NCBI RefSeq assembly: GCF_009914755.1
Contig: NC_060925.1
Direction: 5' to 3' (one strand)
Source: the human T2T-CHM13v2.0 reference genome, Homo sapiens
DNA: 64,000 nucleotides
A program made the translations under genes and the position numbers. Under the pieces are notes generated by a model. That model saw nothing but the letters and a program-made list of their open reading frames with translations, had not been told where the DNA came from and did not search any database. Below are positions 55,041 to 64,000 of the stretch, in pieces; positions within the stretch are counted from its first letter, which is position 1, and each line of letters opens with the position of its first letter.

Positions 55041-56999
55041 GCCTAAAATTTGCTTTAAAACACTACAGTACTGTTATTGTGATAGTAGGTGTGTGATGGT
55101 TATTTAAATTTTAGCTCTAGATGTGATTAGGTGATACTATCAGGACCTTAGGGTCTAAGGGTAGTCTGCTAGCAATGTGATAAAGGGCCTGGCTTCTGCC
55201 ATTCCTGCTGTTATTACATAATCAATAACTGACACTTTACTAAATGAACAGTAAGTGCAAAAAATAAGGTTTTATTAATAGAATTAATCTTATTAAATAT
55301 CATAATGTTTTTTAAAAGGGATCTCATTTATAAAAGTGAAGATATTCAAGACCTGCAATTTGACTACTTGCTTGCTTGTTCTGTGGACTCCTCTGGGATG
55401 GGACCTGTGATCTTGATACCCCAGCTGGTTCCGTGTCTACTTATTAATTTGGGGAGGATTTCTGGATGGCATAATGCCACATGGAGTCCTTGTCTCAGGA
55501 ATTTTGCTGTATCTTCTTCAAAATTAACTTAAGTGGTTGGAACATCCAAAGGACATAGATGTGGAATTTTTTCCAATGTAGGCAACAGGTGGTACGAATC
55601 CATTCTGTGCCAACATTGCTAATAAATAGTAATCTAATAAATGTCTGTGTGAGGAGCAGAATTGAGGAACAATATATGGTATGTTTTATTTATAACCTGA
55701 CAGCTAAGTTATGGAGCTTAGCAAACACTAGCCCCCATAGATTCTTCTAGTGGCTACTTTTATCTATGACCAGATTATCCTAGTTCTCAATTACACTATG
55801 TATCTTCTCAACACTGTGCAGCATTTCTTCCTGAATGCTGTTCTCTGAAACCTGAGTTTACCTGTGTGCTAATATTGATGACACTGACTCAGTGACTAGA
55901 GCATGATTTTTGCAGGGCCTTAAAATGCTCTGGATAAGTATCTGAATTCTGAACATAATTATGTAAGCTAGAAATTAACTCCTTAAGAGTGTTGCTTCAG
56001 AAACCTCTGCAGCACCCTTATTTTTTTCTTTACAGCTATGGAGAATGAGAGATTCCTACTGCAGTATTAAAAATTAATGTTACTTATATGCAGCCAGCAC
56101 ACAAAGAAAATATTGAAACTTGGTAATAAAACAAGTGCTTAGCAATTATACAAAGCCCATCTTTAGACAGCTTTACAAATACCAGCTAATTAAATTTTAC
56201 TAAAGACAATTTATTTATAATATAATAAACATATGGTGGAAATAAGAAAACAAAACATAGCCATAGAAAATAACACTCAAATCAAATGCTAATAGATTGA
56301 ATTTTTCCTCCTCATAGGGTACATGCCCCACAGTCTTCAATACTTTTTATTATTGTTTCAAGAAAACTGGATAAATTCATTCTGAACATCACAGACTTGA
56401 AAGTCATTGTTACCATGCCTTTGAGAATGCCTATAGTTATCATTGCCATCATCTCAAAGGAGAAGAATTCTTTAACTCTTATTGTATATGCAATTTTGAA
56501 TAAAAAAATCAAGTTGCATTGTTATTGAAATTAAAGACACAAAGTATTTTTCCTTTGGTTTTTCACCTTAAATGGTTTGATGCTCCAATTACCACCATTT
56601 TTTATCTTTCTTGTTATGCTTTCCAAACTGGCACTATTATTTTGATACTGAGTTTTTGTTAATAGCAGGAAATAATTATCCAATTGTGCAGCCTGAATCT
56701 TTTTTTTAATTTTTTTTATTTTTTATTTTTATGCTGCTTTGTGTGTTTGAAATCAGGTCTGTAATAGGAATTTAGAAACTTTGATTTGGCCTTGTAACCT
56801 TGATTGCTAATTACTGTGTCAGTAAGTCCCAGGAGCTGTATGGATGGAGTAGGTGGTAAGTAGGTGGTACTATCATATTTTTGGCATTTTATAATAGAGT
56901 CTAATAAACTTTTCTTATTTTTCCTTTTTCAAGACTTTCTGACTTCCTAATATTATTATCCTCTCTTAAAACCTATTGGGGAAGACTGGCCAAGATAAA

Positions 57000-57490
57000 T
57001 TAAAAGTGGCAAACTTGCTTTATCACCTGTAGGACAAAACTCAAACCTCCTTAGCATGATATAGAAGACTTCTTAGGACTTTCATTTTCTGATACTTATT
57101 GCTTATTCAGCTTAATCTCTCAATGCTGTAAAACTTGGATCTGGAACTCTAGTTACATAAGCAGTTCTTATGCTATTTTATGTCTTGATTCTTTAGCACA
57201 GCTTGCTTCTATGCATAAGGTAAACTTTTTTGCACCTGGTAAACTCCTAATCTTTCAAGATGACCTTTAATGTCTACTTTAACATTACCTGCTCAGGGAG
57301 ATAATTATAAAGCCTATCCAGTAGATCTTACGATACTCTTCTCTGTGTCACATATCATTTTGAACAAACTTCCATTATGTTTCTATTTGTCTGGATTACC
57401 TTCCTGATTTATCTACTAGTCATTGAGCTCTCTGATGACAAATGTTATATTTTATTTCTCATGTCTTTCATCACCTCTAGCACCTGGGAT
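57000..57490 (+). mobile_element. L2 fragment
   Basis: cctgtaggacaaaactcaaacctccttagcatg, actagtcattgagctctctga, ctctagcacctgg. Confidence 0.65.
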
Positions 57491-58026
57491 GGGTCTTTAG
57501 AGGGAAAGAAAGCTTACTTTATTCTCCCAATCCCAGGGATGGCTTCATTGTCCTGCCTCCTTTCTCATTATTCTTGAGGGAAGAGTGTCATTTATCTGAT
57601 TGGTCAGATACAGCATGATGACAAGCCACATTAGGTGGTGGGCATGGTCATGGTGGGTTCTCTTTTCTGCTTTTTCCTGTCATGCAACTAGAGCAGTAAG
57701 TGGACCAGAGCCCTTCTTTGCACTGCAAGCCTGCTTACTTCTCTCAATTTCTGGTCATCCTTTCCACAGCATCAATAATCTGGAGCACAGTGAGACTGGA
57801 CTTTGGAGGTAGAGATAAGAGGCTTATTAAACTTACAGTTTAGGAGGATCTGCAAGAATTCCCTTTCTTGACTATTCAGAGCTCCATCAATTTGGGATCT
57901 CTGCTGTGTGCTGTCCACTCACAGGGGTAGAACATGTTTTGCCTCCCATTATTTGTGAGTATATTACTAGTTGGGAAATTTCAAAGACCAGAAGTTGGCT
58001 TTAGAAAGGTGATAAAGAAAAGTCAT

Positions 58027-58281
58027 AGCAACAGGGTGGTGGACCTCATGGCCCTCATGGCCTCCAAGGAGTAAGACCCCCAGACCACCAGCCCCAGCAA
58101 GAGCACGAGAGGAAAAAGAGGCTCACTGCTGGGGAGTCCCTGTCACACTCAGTCCCCCACCTCACTGAGAATCTCCCTTCCTCACAGTTTCCATTCAGAC
58201 CTCCTGGAGAGGGAGGGGCTGGGGGAGCCCCACCTTGTCGTGTACCATCAATAAAGTCCCCTGTGCTCAGTCAAAAAAAAA
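58027..58281 (+). pseudogene. GAPDH: 5'-truncated GAPDH processed pseudogene (last 15 codons, whole 3'UTR, poly(A))
   Basis: 58027-58074 reads SNRVVDLMALMASKE* (GAPDH C-terminus is SNRVVDLMAHMASKE); GAPDH 3'UTR follows with AATAAA at 58250-58255 and an A-tract at 58273-58285; TSD AAAAGTCATAGCA at 58018-58030 and 58282-58294. Confidence 0.97.
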
Positions 58282-58299
58282 AAAAGTCATAGCATATTA

Positions 58300-58900
58300 A
58301 AGGAGTTCTCACAGCTGCAGAGAAAAAAATAGCTGTTGGAGGAAAAAAATGTCAACTTGAATAGAAAAATATTATGAACACTTAAGTTTCAAATGAAGAC
58401 TCATAGAAATAACTTTTTTAAATTAAAAAAATAAAAAAAACATGATTCCAAACTAAACAATTTGATAAGTCAACCAAAGAAAGTATGGCCTTGGTTGAGA
58501 ACTGAATTAGTATCCTAGAAGATCAAAGAAAACTTAGAGCAAACATTTTTAAATGGAGATATTGATGAAAAAGATAAAAGACTCTAAGGATAGATCTGGG
58601 ATATAACATGCCAATAATAGAATTTCCAGAATAAGAAAGAGGAACAGATGTAGGGGTTACGCTAATTTAACATTCATTCAACAAAAATATCCCTGGGATA
58701 ACAGAAGATTTAATTTTATAAATTTAAAAGATGTACTGATTTCCTGGGATGAGTGATAAAAAAGACCATGGACTTAGGCATAAAAATTTCTAAATTTAAA
58801 GATAAAGGGAAGCAGCTCTTAAAGGCTCAAAAAGAAAAATCAAAGTACTTACAATAGTACAATAAACTAGAAAATGGTGGAATTAAATACAAATGAGTAA
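58300..58900 (+). mobile_element. HAL1/L1ME ORF1-like fragment
   Basis: gaattagtatcctagaagatc, aaggatagatctggga..taacatgccaataatagaatttccagaa. Confidence 0.55.
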
Positions 58901-58974
58901 TACATAAGAGTTAAAACCCCAGAAACCTATACCTTGTCAATGTATTAACATGTAAGAGCAAAATAGACAGATAT

Positions 58975-59050
58975 TAGATGGATAGATAGATAGAATAGAG
59001 AGATAGACAGATAAATACATACACACATACATACATACATACATACATAC
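58975..59050 (+). repeat. Compound (GATA)n/(CATA)n microsatellite
   Basis: gatagatagata...catacatacatacata. Confidence 0.85.
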
Positions 59051-59089
59051 AGAGATAATTGAGAATTTAAAATGTGTGTCCCCTTACAT

Positions 59090-59300
59090 AGGGCAATAAT
59101 ATATAATTTATCATTCCAGCTGATAGTGAAAGATGGCACTCTTAATGATTATACCACAGCAACAAGCATAAACTAGGACTTTCTAGGAAAATTGGACTGG
59201 CATATAATTTATCATTCTAACTGAATGTGAAAGATGACACTATCAATAATCCACACCAAAGCAATAGTACTTCCTAGGAAAATGGGAATGAATGACCTCT
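59090..59300 (+). mobile_element. MER94 (hAT-Blackjack) with internal tandem duplication
   Basis: Two copies of atataatttatcattc..gtgaaagatg.cact...ctaggaaaat starting at 59101 and 59202. Confidence 0.7.
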
Positions 59301-59714
59301 ACTCTTATACCACATTTGAGAAAAATGTTGAAAAACTTGAATTATTAAACAAATGTTAGGAGAAACAAGAACTCAAGACAGAAAAAAAATGAATTGGGAA
59401 GGAAATAAATGATGAGCATAAAGCTTACAGTTAAATGTAAATGAGTAGTGACAGATCATTTGGAAATAGCAATGTAATATTAAACTAAGGTTCCTGAAAT
59501 ACAGGAAACACATTCCAGATAAATTCTAGTAATAATTCAGAAATAAGAGTAATAAACGTTGTCAGAAAGAATTGAGGTAAGAGTAGGAAAAAGAGGGGGT
59601 GTAAACCATTTTAATCACTTCATTTGGAGGGAGAGATAGTATGAGAGAGAGTAGTGAAAGTGTTCTTATGGTCTCAGTTTATTAAGGAGAGTGGAGGAGA
59701 AGCAGTGAAATAGA

Positions 59715-60515
59715 TTACAGAGAATTAGGCAAATTCACAGTTAAGACACAGTCCTATAAATCTTCTCAGTCTGCCCAGACTTCTGACACCAGCCACAAAT
59801 TCAGATGTCCTGAGAGCCATCCTAACTTCAGACCAATTTACTACAAATTTGAGGGTCTCCATGGACTTCTTCATGTTTGATGATTTGCTAGAAAAACTCA
59901 CAAAACTCAAGAAAGTGCTGTACTTAAGATTGCAGTTTTATTATAGCAAAAGGATACAAATCAGAACCAGCCATAGGAAAGGACGCATAGGGCAGAAATT
60001 AAGACTGCAAGTGTTCTGAACACAAAGATTCCATATTCTCAGGGTTGTGTTATCCTCCCAGAGTTGATGTATGGAGATACATACAGAGGGTATTGGCAAC
60101 CCAAGCAGCTCACCGCAGCTTTGGTGTCCAGAGTTTCAAGCCTGAGGCTTGATCAGCGAGGTAGGTTGGGTGTGTTGCTGTTCATGTGGTTGGACTGAGT
60201 CTCCACTACTACCACCCTTCCCTGGAGGGGAACGGGCTGATGTTATGTGGCTCCAAGTGCCAGAACTCTAATCACATGGTTGCTCTTTCTAATGTGGCCA
60301 GCCCCTATCCTGAGCCATCTTATTTGCATACACTATCTAAGGGGCCCGACAGAAGTCATCTCATTAGCATAAACGATTAAATGTAGTCGAAAGAGCCCAC
60401 TGAATAACAAAGTCATTTCTATTATTGAGAAATTACGAGGGTTTTCAGGTTACCCCAAAGAAACTGGGTGCAAAGGCCAGGTCTCTCTTTGGGCAGAAAT
60501 GTATTTTTTATTACA
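59715..60515 (-). mobile_element. MER21 (B/C) LTR
   Basis: acttctgacaccagccacaa, tttgatgatttgctagaaaaactcacaaaactca, aaaggatacaaatcagaaccagcca, ctcattagcataaac. Confidence 0.85.
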
Positions 60516-60637
60516 AAAGAGCATCTTTGTGTAGGAATTAAGCTAATTTTTTAAGCTTATATTTTAGAGGTTATGTACCTAAAAAAAGAGTAGAAATATA
60601 TAGCATAACTTGTAAATTATCCAGGGAGAAAATAGTT

Positions 60638-60996
60638 TTTTTTAATTATACTTTAAGTTCTAGGATACATGTGCACAACGTGCAGGTTTGTTACATATGT
60701 ATACATGTGCCATGTTGGTGTGCTGCACCCATTAACTCGCCATTTACATTAGGTATATCTCCTAATGCTATCCTTCCCCCCTCCCCTTCACCACAACAGG
60801 CCCCAGTGTGTGATGTTCCCCACCCTGTGTCCAAGTGTTCTCATTGTTCAATTCCCACCTATGAATGAGAACATGCGGTGTTTGGTTTTCTGTCCTTGCA
60901 ATAGTTTGCTCAGAATGATGGTTTCCAGCTTCATCCATGTCCCTACAAAGGACATGAACTCATCCTTTTTTATGGCTGCATAGTATTCCATGGTGT
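60638..60996 (-). mobile_element. 5'-truncated L1PA5-like 3' end
   Basis: ttatactttaagttctagg..., catttacattagg, ccaccctgtgtccaagtg, tagtttgctcagaatg; TSD AAAATA(G/A)TT at 60629-60637 and 60997-61005. Confidence 0.92.
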
Positions 60997-61099
60997 AAAA
61001 TAATTAAATTGCTTAGCTAAATCAGCAAAAATAAGGAAATGTTAAAATATAAGCTATTAGCTAATGGATAAAAAAGACAATGATGTTTTCACCTTGCAA

Positions 61100-61355
61100 G
61101 TCATTCCCTTGAAAGTGAGGGTCCTATCTACCCATTTGTTCTTTTTTCCATCCTATTAGCTGAAATGTGGATGTGATAGAAGAAGATGAACTATTTCTGA
61201 ATTCAAGATGGACTCTGAATTGAGAAGATAGATGCCTTGGACCTTAACACTATTGAGCTATCAACTAAACTGCAGACCACTTACCTTCATATTTGTGAGA
61301 TGAAAATAACTGTCTATTTTTAGAGGAGCCCAACCTGTGTCCTAACTAGTATAGC
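61100..61355 (+). mobile_element. MLT1 (J/K-like) LTR fragment
   Basis: ctgaaatgtggatgtgatag, gaccacttacc..catatttgtgagatgaaaataac, tcctaactagta. Confidence 0.5.
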
Positions 61356-61359
61356 TAGG

Positions 61360-62200
61360 CATAGAGATACTAAAGAATTGCTATAACTAGATAACCATAA
61401 TGGAAATAATAATGCCAGAAAAGGTGGCATTTAATGTTGCAAGGACAAAAAAATGGCTAAGATAGATCATTGTGTAATGATAAGAAGCAAAATTCAACAT
61501 GATGGCCTAAAAGTCATGAACTATGTATTTCAAACAATATAGCACCTAACTACCTAAGGAAACGCTGTTAAAAATATAAAATTTTTAAAAAGAATTGTGA
61601 ATTTATAACAGAAGACTTTCATGGTGCAATCAATAAGTTTGATTTAAGGAATATATAATATAATATAATATAATATTATATTATATTACAGCCATCAAAG
61701 AATATTCAGAATTTTATTTGATGTTTGCCTTCATTAAAAAACTATACTTTTAAAAATATTTTGACTTTTTTTTCAGGGCATATTTCCTGATTTTGAACCA
61801 ATCAAATTAGAAATAAATAATTTAAGGGTGTTAAAAAATCCTAGCAGTTTGAAAGATGCTAATAAATAACTTAGATTAAAAAGAAAAATCAAAACTGATA
61901 TTAAGAATTATGGGCATGAAAGAAAAGGAGAATATCTTATATCAAAACATATAAGAAATACACTTGAGAAAATGGATAGCCTTGAATGCCTTTGTTTTCC
62001 AAACAAGATGAAAAATAAAAGAACTTGGTATTTATCTTATGGAATTAGACATACACAATAAACAAAAATAATTTGGAGGGATGTATACTTAAGAGGAAAA
62101 ATGACAATATAATGGAAAAATGGTGGAAAATAATTTTTAAATCTAAAAACTGATATGTGAAAAAAAGATTATTAATTTATACATATTATATGATCTTAGA
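61360..62200 (+). mobile_element. Ancient L1ME ORF2 (endonuclease region) fragment
   Basis: aatcaaattagaaataaataa, atcttatatcaaaac, cttgagaaaatggatagccttgaatgcc. Confidence 0.55.
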
Positions 62201-63499
62201 GACTTTATAGTAGACAAATCTTAATGTGGGTTAAATGTTGTTTCCATGACAGAATGGTTTAAATTTTATTTGAAATTTTCTAAGTTTTTATTGTGATAAC
62301 TTAAAAAAAACAATGAAAATGAACCTTATGATATGCAAAAGCCATCTGCAAGTTGAATTCAGTCTGTCTGTCACTGGTTTGTGACTTGTAATATATAAGA
62401 TTCCTTGGTGTGACATTCCCAATTTTTAGCATGCTGTCTTTCACATATGTCAGGTAAACTATGAAAAACACTTTTATGAAAAACAATCAGCCCCTTTTGA
62501 GTCCGTTATTTTTCTTCTTGGTATGCCTCTATTAATAGTACTCAGAGCTCAGTTATTCTATTTTTATTTCAGGGAGAACAGCATTGCACTGACTTCAGAA
62601 GTGAGGGAAATAAAATTCTTAAAAAATAGTCATTTCATTATTAAACTGATGAACAAGGACAATTTTACTTGATGATTGTCAGATCTATACACTCTAATTA
62701 TATTTTCCAATCATTTTTGTGGTGTTAGCAAGCCACGATCTACTTTGTACATGTCATAAGATGCTCGATAGTTTAATTCAACTATCCTTTTTCTTTTTAA
62801 CCAAAGATAATCATGGAAAAACAGAGATTAGTATGTATTCTGATTTATTTCAGACAGGCAGAATACAGTCAGCATTCACTTCTCATGGCTTTCAAGCCAA
62901 TGACATTCATCTTCCTCATGAATTCTGGATAAATTGAGAATTGCCAAGGATTAGACCATAACAGATTATTTAGCAATGTGGATTAGTCATACAAATCTTT
63001 TTGAATCAGTTCCATAAAGATGATAAGTGGCTAAAGCCATGGTGCCAAAGAAAAGAACAATGTACAATCTGTGAACAAAAATGCAGGCCATTTGGCTTCA
63101 CTATAGCAGTATCCCAGTGTTTTGCCAGAGAAGAGGAAGGGCTTGGAAGGTAAATGAGTCCAGAGATTCAAGCCCCATCTGTTCAGACAGGCTGAAGCTT
63201 GCTGGGTTGACAGTGCTTATGCTGGGCATTGATTGATATCATCTCAATTGGCTCTTGACATGAGAGGCAGTTGAGGATGTCTGAATTAGAAATTGGTCCT
63301 AGGATCCTGAACATGAGCCAAGAGTAGTAGTTACAAAAAACAAAAACAAAAACTATAGTAAAACAAAGTAAGTGTCCTCTCATTACTGCCTACGCCCCTT
63401 TGAAAACAAAAGAAGAAAAAAAAATTAGAAAAAGAAAAGAAGAAAAAAGGAAAAGATGAAGAAAAAGCAGAAAAAGAAAAGAAAAAATGTACAATGGAA

Positions 63500-63944
63500 T
63501 TTGAGGCTCGGAAATGACAAATTACCACCTATCTATTTACAATGAATAATCATTTACATATACGTGTTCCATATGTTCCTTTCTGTCACACATAGTTCTT
63601 TTATTTCTATTGTTCTTAAATGTTAATTTTCTTTGACATCATAAATTTATATTCAATATTGACAGGTTCTGATAATTTATGAAATTTTCTTTATTTCATG
63701 TTTATGTTGTCAAAGCCTTCTTTGTAACCCTATTTAATATATACTATAATTACTTTTTCTGTGTTAATTTTTAATGTATTTCCACATTTATAATATTTTA
63801 AAGACATTAACAATTGTATAATGTTCACTACATTAATGTGCAGTAATTTAATCAATTATTTTTTGTTATATAGAAGTTTTCCAACCTTTCAGTATTTTAA
63901 ATAAATTTGTGATGAATGTGTGTTTACATGCATGTGTAAAATTC
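63500..63944 (-). mobile_element. L1ME 3' fragment
   Basis: gtaatttaatcaatt, ttgtgatgaatgtgtgtttacatg. Confidence 0.45.
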
Positions 63945-64000
63945 TTTTTTTTTTTTTTTTTTGAGATGAAGTCTTGCTCTGTCGCCCAGGCTGGAGTGCA
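63945..64000 (-). mobile_element. Alu 3' end, cut by the window edge
   Basis: Poly-T followed by gagatgaagtcttgctctgtcgcccaggctggagtgca. Confidence 0.95.

Noticed and set aside
58027-58074. Functional GAPDH exon
   Set aside because: There are no upstream exons or splice acceptor; the TSD, poly(A) and His-to-Leu change mark it as a retrocopy.

Overview
This is eukaryotic DNA, almost certainly from a catarrhine primate and probably human or ape (it carries AluJ/S/Y, L1PA5/PA7 and THE1). It is AT-rich, CpG-depleted and intergenic or deep-intronic. I found no intact protein-coding gene, RNA gene or CRISPR array; the recognisable ORFs in the track come from Alu, L1 or LTR elements, and the rest look like chance ORFs. 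Most of the window is interspersed repeats: nine Alus, a near full-length ~6.5 kb L1MA1, a nested L1 stack at 11-15.6 kb, MaLR/ERVL/ERV1 LTRs, MIR/L2/L3 fragments and several hAT MITEs. The only recognisable host-gene sequence is a ~260 bp 5'-truncated GAPDH processed pseudogene with poly(A) and a 13-bp target-site duplication (TSD) at 58.0-58.3 kb. The most interesting signals are mechanistic fossils: a three-layer LTR nest (ERVL/MLT2 > ERV1 LTR > full-length THE1), a perfect template-switch hairpin in ERVL pol, a 100-bp L1PA fragment with no TSD beside an L1PA7 insertion, and a tandemly duplicated MER94. Bases 1-465 may be the 3' terminal exon or UTR of a minus-strand transcript. I found no convincing new biological system. 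Subfamily names come from recalled consensus sequences, were not computed, and boundaries of ancient repeats are approximate.
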